Shown here piece after piece: positions 1-11,280 of a stretch of DNA of 64,000 nt. The notes beneath the pieces are model-generated. The model worked only from the letters and a program-made list of their open reading frames with translations. It had not been told where the DNA came from and ran no database searches. Made by a program: the position numbers and the translations under genes. Each line of letters starts with the position of its first letter. The first letter of the stretch is position 1. This DNA comes from Thalia democratica (taxonomy: Eukaryota), in contig OZ241829.1 in assembly GCA_965202585.1 (NCBI GenBank), positions 5,518,001 to 5,582,000 of the forward strand. The letters are read 5' to 3'.

Positions 1-799
1 CATTTAAATGTTTGAGTTAAAAAATTCTAATTTATTTTACTAGAATTTTGAATAAAGTATTACAAGTGCATCTCCTAAAGAATAATCAAAAAGAAATTTA
101 GAAATGAAGTACTAGATAATTGGTACTAACTTTTCTTTAGTTTAATTATAATGGTAAATTTAAAATATGTTTTGTTTTTAATTACAAAAGCTAACAAAAG
201 TTTTTAACCTTTATCTTATCTACAATAATGCAATATTTAATATTAAACTAACTTTTTTAGTTAATTAATCCATTTACTCACAAATACAAAATATTAAAAA
301 AAATGATTTAAAAAGTATAAATAGAAAATTTTTAAAACCTTAGTTACAGTTTTAAAAAAATTATATAGTTACAACTTTTATAAATGAACCATAAATTAAG
401 ACATGTTTTAGGTGAAAGTGTTTATTTTACCTTGTTGTGTAGTTTTTAACGAACACGTAAAAATGATTGGCTTATCATAAGGATTAAAATAAATGTCTAA
501 AAAGAAAGTATTTAGTTTTCTTATTATTCGAAAAACAAACAAGCGGTAGCTGTTTTTAACGCACAAAATTAAAGAGACCCAACTAATATTCAACATTATA
601 CATGATATACATTATACATGTTTGTAAAGTGAAAACAGAATTATTTGCGTTACAGAGATTTTTTATTAAGTATAGATTAGTTTTTATAATTAATAATATC
701 AAATTTTAAATTGAATCATTAGATATGGAGCTCATTATGAACTAGGTTATTAAAAACAGTTCATGGTAGGTAGTCATTAAGTTTATTGTCCTGGACAAG

Positions 800-900
800 A
801 AGTTAAAAGGTATCCAAGATTTGTATGACCCGATAACCGAAATGCACTTCGTGCACGAGGTCCTAGGACTAATTATTTCGAGCGCTTTTTTGTCGTTTAA
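800..900 (-). repeat. Copy of a short dispersed (SINE-like) repeat family
   Basis: Reverse complement TTAAACGACAAAAAAGCGCTC...AGGACCTCGTGCACGAA...TTCGGTTATCGG resembles the copies at ~14600, ~18205, ~31285 and ~58240 (core AAGGACCTGG...TCGGTCATCGAG). Confidence 0.4.
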
Positions 901-1188
901 TAAACAATAACAAGATTTGATGATGCTGTAAATATAATTTTTTTTACAAAACTATTTGCATTAGGTAGTTACAATATCATTAGTTTCAAGTTTTTTTTTG
1001 TTTAAAATAAGTTGCTTTAATCATATAATAGAGTGAAATAGTATGCTCTACTGTGAACCTAGAAATATTTTATTGAAGTTTTAATTTTAAGTATTTAAGA
1101 GTTTAAAATAAAGCTATTTAGCACGAATAGTTAAGCTTACAAAGTATTATACAACAACATATTACTTTAAACTAGATTCGTTTAAAAT

Positions 1189-1608
1189 GGAAACGGGTCA
1201 AAATTGCACGAAGAAAAAATTGCAAAAAGGGTTAATTTTGCACGAAGACAAATTTGCACAAGGGTAAAATTTTGCACGAAAGTAAAAAAAAAAAACTAAA
1301 ACAGAAAAAAAACTAAGAGAAAAGTTAACAAAAAAACGAAAAGAAAAAAAAGCTACCGACCGAGGGTAAGGGTTAGGGATAACAGTGATAGTAAAAGTAA
1401 TTGAAAAAAAAATTATACAAAAAAATAACAAGTTAATGACCGATGGTAAGGGTTAGGGGTAATAGTGATAGTAAAAAATTAAAAAAATCCAAAAAAAAGA
1501 ATTAATTTAAGGTTAGAATAAAATAATAAAAAATTTAAATAATAAAAAATTCAACCCGTGCAAAAATTTCCTTACAAAGTTCTTAGTCGTGCATTATCAC
1601 ACCTACCC
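1189..1608. mobile_element. Non-autonomous MULE/foldback-like element (copy A)
   Basis: Ends GGAAACGGGTCAAAATTGCACGA ... TCGTGCATTATCACACCTACCC; 9-bp flanking duplication GTTTAAAAT (1180-1188) / GTTTAAAAC (1609-1617); subterminal TTTGCACGA repeats; two internal GGTAAGGGTTAGGG units. 9-bp TSDs with G-starting TIRs are typical of the Mutator superfamily. Confidence 0.75.
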
Positions 1609-1870
1609 GTTTAAAACAGTTATAGTTTTTATACTTCGTTAAATATTTAAAAAATAAAGATTTAAAGAAAATACGATAGTTTATTTTATGAATTTGTATA
1701 CTAATGTTGTAGAAGCTTTTATTTGAAGTTTCACCTAAATACTAAGAGTAACTCATAAAATCTCAGAATAGCTTTTTATGGTTTAATAAAATTTGTAGGT
1801 TAAACTTTTGGTATTCTAATACTGTTACTCATATTTAAAATATGTTTAACTTGATTGCAAGACCTTAAAT

Positions 1871-1950
1871 AAAAGGGTTGATCATGCCAATTCGATCATC
1901 AGACCACAAACTTGTAGTCTGATGATCGAATTGGCATGATCAACCCTTTT
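1871..1950. repeat. Perfect 34-bp inverted repeat (hairpin) with 12-nt loop
   Basis: 1871-1904 AAAAGGGTTGATCATGCCAATTCGATCATCAGAC is the exact reverse complement of 1917-1950. Confidence 0.95.
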
Positions 1951-2027
1951 GTTAAACTTGAGCTTGTCTCACGGCAAACGAAAATCCGGACTTCCGTTCT
2001 GCAGACTTTCGCTGATGTTTTTTGTTG
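1874..2027. mobile_element. ~155-bp GC-richer insertion flanked by a 14-bp direct repeat; probable retroelement fragment
   Basis: AGACCTTAAATAAA at 1860-1873 and 2028-2041 brackets the hairpin plus a GC-richer tail. Confidence 0.55.
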
Positions 2028-5000
2028 AGACCTTAAATAAATTAAATTAAATTATAAGTAGGCTTAGAAGTAGAAAATAAAAACAAAATACCTAAAAGAT
2101 TAAAACCTAAACGTTCAAAAATATTTTTAACGAAACTTTAATAAACTTAAAACAAAGTATAAATCCGTCTTGACTTAACAAACAAATCTAATATTTTATT
2201 CTATTTTACTTTCATCATGGTAGCTATAATGGGTAAATTTAAATGTTAGTTTAGCTTAAATAATTTGAAATGACCGTATAACACTTGGTGAACCTTCATT
2301 AAATAAAAATTTTAAAACGTTTAATCTTGGGGTTATTTTATTTAGAAATTTTTGAGATTATTATACAAAAGTTATTAACTTACTTAAGCAAACTGCGACT
2401 AGCGGGCTTTTAAAACAAAAAATTGCAGCAAACGATTTATTTCTTTAGCAGAAAAAATTTGTTTTGATAATTTACCCAAATATAATAAACAAAACCATAC
2501 AGTTAAGCTCTTTAGTAAATATTTGTTAATTACTTTTATTATTTAAAAATTACTTCATTACATACTTCTTTTAAAAAGCTACTTGTTTAAAATTATTACA
2601 TTCATTTGAAACAAATATAGTCCGCGTTTCATAAAAAGCTAACAAAAGTTTATTAAAGCTTCCAAGCCTTTTAGATAATTTTTGAGTGAAACTGACATGT
2701 CTCAGTATTTTTTACCGTTTTAGCTTTGGTGTTACGTCATTTTTATTTATTTTAATTTCTAAACATTTTCAAAAGGCAGTGTGTACCGCACTTTGTTAAA
2801 AGAAACAAATATTAAATGAATTTTGCTTATAAAGTGTATTAGAATGTTTATTATATATTATTATTTAGGTTAGACAAGAAAAAACTTTTACTAACATTTT
2901 TATTTCTATACTATATTCTAGTTGTACTCTACTTATTATTTAATTTTAAAACTTAAAAAGAAAATATAATTTCATTAAAAGAAAGTAAATGTTAAAATAA
3001 TGTTTTATAGCGATTGAACAAAATAAAAAACGTTTTACTTATATTAAATATATGAATTTAAGTTAATGGTTTAAAAAATAAAAGCATTGTCTTTGTAACT
3101 TAGTTTTTACAAATTTGCTTGCAGCCATGACGTTTTTGAGCAGAACTTGAGAAAAATCTTGAAATGCCAGTGGCACTCAAAAGTGTTTCAATTGACTGAT
3201 TGTAGACGCAAAATAGTTGTTGTTCCCGCGCTTTTAAGTGTTGAATTTTCTTCATAAATTTTTAATGATCTGAAAAATATTTTTCTCTATGAAGCAAATT
3301 AAATTTCTCAACGTGTATAGATGTTTTATAGTCAAAATTAAAATAACACTTTTTCTTGATCAATACTTAGTTTAAAATAAAATAACTCTTATTGTATATA
3401 TATTTGACTCTATATATTTCGTTTTATTTTAACAATTTTAAAGTTTAAATTGAATAGTTCTGAGAAAAATAATTTTAAAAGGCACTTTCAAAAACTTATA
3501 GGTGTTATTTAATGATTTCAAATTACTGCAGAATATTTAAACTTTCTTAATTTTGAAATACCTGTGTACTTTTTGTAGTACTTCATAAATAAACATTATT
3601 AATAAAATCAAATTAACTGATTTAAATTTAAAATAACCATTTAAAATTTTTTATAGTTAATAGTTTACTTAGATTAAAAATATAAACGTTATTTACTGTT
3701 ATTAATATTTAAATAATATTTGCTCAACAATTTTATTAATATACGTTGGTTTATGTTAAAAAATGGTAATTTTACAAAAAAAGAACGACTTAGATATTAC
3801 AGAATTTTAAAATTTTAGTATGTAAAAGCTTCTCAAAGCTTTAAAAATTCAATACAAGCAGAAAATTTATTTCAAAGCTTACAATAAATATATCCATTGC
3901 ATATTTATACTTCAAGTTCAAACGCATTGTCACATCATTTTAATTTCAATTCACTAGAGGCGTTCTTTAAAGCAGTTTTCTATTTCTTAAAACAAAACAT
4001 TAATAAATTTTTATCTTATTTTCTATTATTTTCCTTAGCTATTTAAATTTTGATTAATTGCAAAATTTTTACGTAGTAATATACGCAATTTAATAATTTT
4101 TTTTTAACAGTTTTTAAACATTTAATTAAATTTATTTTTAACTGTTAGCTTTAAATAAATACAGTTTTGTATTAAATGACTAACTATTTAGAACTGTTGT
4201 GCTGTTTAAAAGGATATTAATTTTTAACATTATTAAAACAAGTACATAAGAAGTATACTTATTAGTAACATTGAGTTAGGGAGTTTATTTAAAATTATTG
4301 AAGAAATGTATACAAAAAACAAAAAAAAAAAAAACACTTTTAAAACTGGTAGTTAACAATGTTATGAAAATTTTTGTGAATGTTATACATAACTTGTATA
4401 TAAGAACCGAGTTGAAATGTTTATAACATAAAGTATATTATTTTGAGAACAGTTTTTGCTGTTTAGTTTTGAACTAAGTTTTAAGTAAAAAAAAAACAGT
4501 TTATTTATGCAATGGTTTTTTTATGTGTTTACTTATACATCTCAAAATTAATGCGAACTTCAACCACATTAGTATATAAGCATTCCATAAATTAAAATCA
4601 AATCTCAAGCATTAAGATTGTTTTTTATAACCGAATTCCGGTTGTAAAGCACTGTATATGGTTTTAGAAAAAAAATTATCGCAGTCGTAATTTTGTTTCA
4701 AAGTTAATCGCAAAGATTTTAAGATGTTATTGATCAATTGTTTGTTTTTGTAAATTCTATTTTCATTTTTAATTTGTGGCGTGAGATGTACCTGGAATGC
4801 TAAAGTTGTTATTCATTTTTTTTAAACAGCTGTTATTACATTTTACATCGCTAGATAGTGCATATTAATTCTTAAGCACACAGATTCATGCTAACATCGA
4901 ACAACGACTTAACAAACAAACAGGGCAACAACTAAACTGTGCTGACTTTCTGCCTTTTTTATACTTTATGTAGAAACTGCCTGTGATACATTTGTTTAAA

Positions 5001-5460
5001 AAAATTGTGTTAACAATTTTAACTATTGTTTTAATTACAATTTGTTAGTTTGTTGTTATCGCAAATGATGCTTCATGATTAAAGTGAACTTAAACAAAGT
5101 GACTTTTATGTCTTAAATTCGTAACTTAGTTTTGAATTAAAGTTTTTAATTTTTTTTCCAAAATTAAGTCAGACGATCCAATTTTAAGAGTGTATGAATT
5201 ATCGAGTACGCAAGGATAATTTTTACCCGTAAACATAAGATAACATTTAATAAAAGGAGTTTGATTATAAATAGATGAGTATTTTGAAAGAACTGTTGTT
5301 AAACTCGATTTTTTACAGATTCAAACGGAAATAAAAAAGTAAAGGTTTTAAAGTTGTTAAAAAAATTGTTATTAAAAAGTAGAAATATAAATTGTATCAA
5401 GACAGAGGTATGTTACTCAATAATAATTTTTTGGACTAACTACACTTTTATGTATCTAAG

Positions 5461-5590
5461 AGTGACTAAAACTAAAAGTCCTACTAAAACTAAAACTGAA
5501 TAAAAGTAAAACTCTGAACAAAATTAAAGTTCTAAATAAAACTAAATGTAAAAAATTTGAAATGCCTGACTAAATCTAAAACTGTGGCCT
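5461..5590. repeat. Degenerate GACTAAAA-rich subterminal repeat tract, probable DNA-transposon remnant
   Basis: Repeated (GT)GACTAAAAC/CTAAAA motifs ending in CTGACTAA...ACTGTGGC; a similar tract with the same ending lies at ~13630-13755. Confidence 0.4.
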
Positions 5591-5783
5591 TATAAAGTCT
5601 TAAGTGTCTATTTTTGTCCCCAGTTATCAATCGCCTGCCGATTCCTAGAAACTAGTAGGTCAGATTAATAAAACTAACGGAAAATCAAAGATCCTAAAAA
5701 CAAGCTTAGGGGGCTTAGAATATCAAGCTACAATCAATGCACAGTAACAATTCACTAGACGATTTCGACTTAAAAGAATGTCT

Positions 5784-5916
5784 GAGACGTCACCACTTTA
5801 TTACGTTAGTTACGTCACCACTTTATCACGTTCGTGACGTCACTATTTTATCATGTTTGTGACGTCATTACTTTATCACGTTCGTGACGTCACTATTTTA
5901 TCATTTTTGTGATGTC
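5784..5916. repeat. 25-bp tandem array (~5 units) containing CRE palindromes
   Basis: Unit ~GTGACGTCAC(C/T)A(C/T)TTTATCA(C/T)GTT(C/T); perfect TGACGTCA at 5835, 5860 and 5885; 50-bp higher-order pairing of units. Confidence 0.9.
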
Positions 5917-6874
5917 TTGACTTTGAGCTGAGACAAGCTAAAACAACAGTTGTTAGTGATGTTTAGCTTGAAGCTTCGTATGAATTTATGGTGAACGGGT
6001 CAGTGCCGTTCTTTCAAAAGACTGATTAAACCGATTTTGTTGTAAACAAAGATACATGAAGGAAATACAATTTTGTTTATTCATGAAACTTTGAAGCTAG
6101 CGTTTGCGGCTGAGTGCAATGACATCATCAAAAGTGAATGATAATAAAAAAGTAGATCAAGTCAAGCGTGAAGTTTTTGAAAAACTAGATTAGCTTTTAA
6201 GAAACACTAATATAAAACATAATTAAAAAAAAATAAAGTGTTACAAATGTTAACGGTTTGCTCAACATCAAGCAATAATAAGACATAAAGTGATATTTAC
6301 ATAATGGCTTTGTATTTTGCTACAATTTAACAATAATAAAACCTTGTATAACTATCTGTATTTTATACAGATAGTTAAACAAGAAAGAACATACATTAGT
6401 TATAAACATGATAGTAAAATATAAGTTGTCAAACTATAAACCATATATAAGAAGTTATAACAAGTTAGTAAACATTTGGAAAATTGTTCAAGCTTAAGAG
6501 CTAACTTTAGTAATTGTTAGCAATAAAAATTTATTTTGAAAAGACTTTGAAATTTCTAATTTTAACATAAATTATTTGAAATTTTAATAATGAATTAAGG
6601 CTTTGTCTTCTTGACACTCAAAGTTCTGCAAAAAAAATAAGATGTTAGAAAACACAATCACAAATTTTTACTTAAAGTGGGATTTTTTAATATCAATAGA
6701 TCTTAAAAACCATTATAAACCTTTTATGTTATTAAAGTATGTAAAAAAGGTTATATAAATAAGACTTAGTAAAAGAAAATGCAATGTACATTATTCTACG
6801 ATGAAGTTGTATTCTAATCATTAAATTGTAAAAAATAACTTATTGTCGATTTTTTTAGTATCTATAGTTATTAT

Positions 6875-7559
6875 CAGTGGCGTCGCGTGGTATTTTTCTT
6901 GGGTGGTGCAGAAAAAAAATTCCGAGTTGCCAGTTCTCGAATTGCCAGTGATCGATTTACCCTACTTGAGTTGTCCCTGCTCGAGTTGCTTCTGCTTGAG
7001 TAGCCTCTGCTCGAGTTGCTTCTGTTCGAGTTGATTCTGCTCGAGTTGCTTCTGCTCGAGTTGCTTCTGCTCGAATCGCCTCTGCTTGTGTTGCTTCTGC
7101 TCGAATTGCCAGTGATCGATTTACCCCTACTTGAGTTGTCCCTGCTCGAGTTGCTTCTGCTCGATTCACCTCTGCTCGAGTTGCTTCTGCTCGAGCTGCT
7201 TCTGCTCAAATCGCCTCTGCTTGTGTTGTTACTGCTCAAATTGCCTGTGCTCGAGTTGCTGGTGATCGAGTTGCCTTTGCTCGAGTACTGTTTTAGGGAA
7301 TTTTCAACTTAGCTTACTTACCACAAGATATTGATACTGCGGTAATTCTTAAAGAAATTTTGGCTTTTTGAATTCATTTGCGGCAGTCTGCTAAGAGATT
7401 GCGGCAGTGTAGTGAGCAAAATAATCGTTTTTTAAATTGGAGTTTTATGAGAGATTTTGTTCTAAAAAATAACTAAAACGTTGTAATTACTTAATATTTT
7501 CTTACAAAATTTTAAGGTGGTGCAATTGCGGCAGTGCAACACCTCACGCGACGCCCCTG
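6875..7559. mobile_element. hAT-superfamily MITE with internal 15-bp tandem array
   Basis: TIRs CAGTGGCGTCGCGTG / CACGCGACGCCCCTG (14/15 match); perfect 8-bp TSD GTTATTAT at 6867-6874 and 7560-7567; internal CTCGAGTTGCTTCTG array at ~6921-7290 with a 164-165-bp higher-order repeat. Confidence 0.92.
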
Positions 7560-9089
7560 GTTATTATTCTCATAATTTCTATCCATAACCTAAATATTGG
7601 TTTTTAACTAAAATATATTTCTCCGAAGAACTGTTGTTATACAAATCAAAAAATGTAAGAAGCCTTTATAACCAAAATACTTGCTTCAAAAAATTAGATA
7701 TCAACAATTTCAAACAAAGTCAAGCGAAAAAAAAAACTTTTGCACATTACCATTTTTTAATTATCTAATGTTAACTTTTAAGTCATAATATGTATATTTC
7801 AAAGTATTTATGATTTTGCCAGATACATTTAATTTTGGTTTGATAGTAGGAGCAAGAAGCAATAAAAAAACTATTAGTAAATTAAATAAAAACAATTAGT
7901 GTTTAAAAAACAGTGGTATGTTGCTTATTTTATAATAAATAAAAAACGGAAAAATAGTCATTTGAAGGTTTAGCTTAAGAATTAAAGAAAATGTTGTGGT
8001 TGAATTTTACTTTTAAAGACTTGTTAAATTATTTATTTTTTAGGTAAAAGACTATTAAATAATAATTTTTCATACTTTACTAAAATCATCTCTTTTTTGT
8101 TATCAAAGTTCGAAATTTGTGAATATATATTAACTTCTTTAATAGTGGTTTAGGCTTAGTATTAAACCTTATATTTGATAAATTTTGATAATGATGAAAA
8201 GTAGAGAACATTCTTGTGCTGCATGTTTAGAAACTCTAAAGTTACACCTGGTAGGTTGTTGTGGTAACTAGAGTTAGTATGTTGAAAACTTAAGTTTTTT
8301 TTTTGAAATTTTTGCCCTTACACATTTTCAAATCAAACTTTTGGTTTTAATGTTCTTTTGTTGTAGAGAATAAACGTTAAGCTCGGTTTAGGTGCACATT
8401 GCGTATAAATACAAAAAGTGAATTTAAAAAAAAATTACTAAAGAAAAAATAACAACATATGATTTTAAAGAAACTCAAACAATTTAATTATAAATTAAAA
8501 GTCTAATGGCAGAACTTAAGTTTTAGACTTAGCGTTTGGACGATTCAATCTCCAATTTAAGTCCAGACAAGTAAAGTTAAAAATAATTTGACGAATTTCG
8601 AACCCTAAGGATTCATCAATTAATTGACTTGATTTTAAAACAAGTTATGATATAAATTTACTGGAAACAACAAACATTAATCGTAAAATTAATGATAAAA
8701 CTCTGAATATACATCCAAATTTATTCATAAACTAACGCGTAATTGAAAGTCTGAAGCCGTTTTACAAGATCTCATAGTAATGCCAACTCCATAAAATTAT
8801 AAGAGTTGTTTTTTTAGTACTCGTTTTTGTAAAATAATTGAAATTAGTTTATTTCCATAACAATTTTTGGCTAAATAATTTCTTTTTAAAAGTATTAAAA
8901 ACTGTATTTGTGGTTTAACGAGCAGCGAGAGAAACGGGTTAGCATTCGTTATTTTAAATTTTGTTTATTTTTTTATATTTGGAAAACCATTGTTCTTAGT
9001 TTTAATTTTTTGTTGTTTTCATTGTGTTAAAGCAATTAACTCTACAGTTTATAAAATGCTCAATATAAACTTATGCTAATGACTAACTG

Positions 9090-11280
9090 CACTTGTTTAT
9101 AAGAAGCTAGTAGAAAATCAAAACATAAAGTATAACATTTAAGAAAAATTTAACAGTTTTTGCTATTTAGTTAAATAAGGTTTTAAGTAAAAAAAAAAGT
9201 TTATTTATGCAATTGATTTTTTTTCTGTTTACCTATACATCTTTAAACTTATCGCAAATTTAAACTACATTAGTTTATAAGCATTTCATAAATCAAAATC
9301 AAATCTAAAGCATAAAGATTGATATTTAAAATCGAGTTCTTGATATTAAGCACTTTATATGGTTTTAGAAACAAATGTTTCTCACAATAGTAATTTTGTT
9401 TCAAAATCCAAATCATAGTTTTAACATTTTATAGATCAATTGCTTTTTTTTTGTAAATGTTAATCATATTTGTAAAGCTGTGGCGTAAGACGCATAAAAA
9501 GTTCTAAACTTGCTACTAGGTTTTTATATTCTAAACAGGTGTTCTAATATGTACAGCCCAAAGTGGTGCGTTTTTATTTTTCAACACATAGATTCATCGA
9601 GCCAAAACTCAACAAATGGAAAATATAAAATTTCTCCAAATTACCGTACTGACTTTTAGTTTTTCATATTATTTGTCAAAACTACCTGCGATACAGTTTA
9701 CTGGCAAAAATTGTCTAAATAAATTTAACTTTTACATTCAGTATGTTTTGTAAGTTTCCTTTCTCGCAGGCAACGCTTCTTGAGTTATCAAGCAATCATG
9801 TTAAATAAGTCTGTTTCATAAATTCATAACTTAGCGCTTTAGATGAGTAACAAAGCTTTTATTATTTACAATAGTTTGAGGAGAACCAACTTTTATGAGA
9901 GTAGAAGTTATTAAGTACACAAAGATAACTTTTTATAGTTCAAATTCACAAAACATATAATAAAATGAGTTTTATTATAAAAAATGTACCTAAAACTATT
10001 TAAAACTTGTTTTAACAAATACTTAGATTAAATTAATAAGTTAAAATTGTTAAGTTAAGAAAAAAAATAAGTAGAGATATAAATTTTATAAAAAAAAGTA
10101 TGAAATTCAACGGTAGGATTTTATACCTATTATTTATTTTAAGAGTTATCGGTAAACAAAAGAAAAGAACGAAAATAATCCTGCTTTCATAATTAAAGTT
10201 TTAACTACAAAATACCAAAAGCCAACAAGCTACAATAAGAAATAAAATAAAACATACAACAGAAATCATTTATGCACGAGGAGACATTTCTGCACGCAGG
10301 GTCAAAAAGTATCGTTGTGCAAAAGTATCGTTGTGCAACGATTCTCCATAAAAAAATGTCTTCTCTTGCAAAAACGACTCCGTGCATAAGTGTCTCCTTG
10401 TGCAAAAAAGACGCCGTGCAAAAGAGTCACCTCGTGCCAAAGTGACCCTCCGTGCAAAAAAAATCGTTGTGCAACAAAGCTGCCGTAAAAAATTGTCATC
10501 GTTAAAAAATGTTGCCGTGCAAAAGTGTCTCCTCGTGCAAAAATTATGCCGTGCAAAAATGACCCTGCGTGCAGAAATGTCTCCTCGTGCATAAATGACG
10601 CCGTGCAAAAGTGACGACCGTTCAAAGGTGTCTCCTCGTGCAAAAGTGACGCCGTGCAAAAGTGTCCCTTCGTGCAAAAGTGTCCCCTCGTGCTAAAGTG
10701 ACGACCGTGCAAAAGTGACGCCGTGCAAATGTTTTCCCACGTGCTAAAGTGACCCTGCGTGCAAAAATGATGCCGTGCAAAAGTGTTCCTTCGTGCAAAA
10801 ATGACGCTCGTGCTAAAGTGACCCGTTCCCACTTAATAAGCGTCTGTCAGTTTAAAATTTAGTTGTCACACTAAAGTAAAACTTACAAAATGATGAAAAA
10901 AGGGCAAACTTTACAGTCATCATTTTGAACCAAGTATGAGCTTATGTAAACGGGTTGATACCGTTTTAAAAATTGTTTTTTTAAAGTTAAAAACATCGAA
11001 CGTGTTTACAGTAATAGTATTTTGTTTATTTATAATACTTTTAAACCAGCGTTTGCAGTAAGCAGGAAATGACGTCATAAAAGGAGAATGAAAATAAGAA
11101 CGTAAATTTTATGAAGCGTGAAGCTTGTACAGATTTTATTTAGTTTTTTAAACTAACTTATATAAATATAACTATCTTTTTATCACGTGTTATAAATATA
11201 AAAGTTTAATTTTACTCAATATTATAAAACCACTCATAACAGTCAGTACGTGTTTGTACTTTAGAAACTATTATTTAAAA
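9090..11280 (+). repeat. Old direct segmental duplication, copy 2 (interrupted by MULE-like element D)
   Basis: Homologous to 4390-6330; similarity breaks at 10110 and resumes after 10830. Confidence 0.7.
10111..10830. mobile_element. MULE-like element (copy D) with expanded 19-20-bp CGTGCAAAA subterminal array
   Basis: Right end GTGACCCGTTCCC matches the family TIR (GGAACGGGTC); degenerate left end CGGTAGG at ~10111; tandem (C)GTGCAAAAGTG... units at 10266-10820. Confidence 0.7.

Larger units (their letters stand above)
4390..6330 (+). repeat. Old direct segmental duplication, copy 1
   Basis: Colinear similarity to ~9090-11280, e.g. AACAGTTTTTGCT...TTAAGTAAAAAAAA...GTTTATTTATGCAAT (4449 / 9152) and GCGTTTGC...AATGAC(A/G)TCAT...AAGCGTGAAG (6100 / 11049); roughly 70-80% identity by eye. 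Confidence 0.75.

Noticed and set aside
1917-2027. Possible hammerhead ribozyme (CTGATGA present)
   Set aside because: No stem II closing onto GAAA and no compatible stems I/III could be drawn.
5784-5916. CRISPR-like appearance of the 25-bp array (also the 15-bp and 19-20-bp arrays)
   Set aside because: No unique spacers, no cas genes, and the context is eukaryotic and intron-rich.
6843-7312. ORFs of 63-121 aa (poly-Leu/Glu, Ser/Arg-rich)
   Set aside because: They arise from the 15-bp tandem repeat inside a hAT MITE; open frames on both strands are expected from a stop-free codon-multiple unit.
10205-10832. Five overlapping ORFs of up to 176 aa (FARGDTF/HFCT repeats)
   Set aside because: Translations of the MULE subterminal repeat array; no domain and no splice context.
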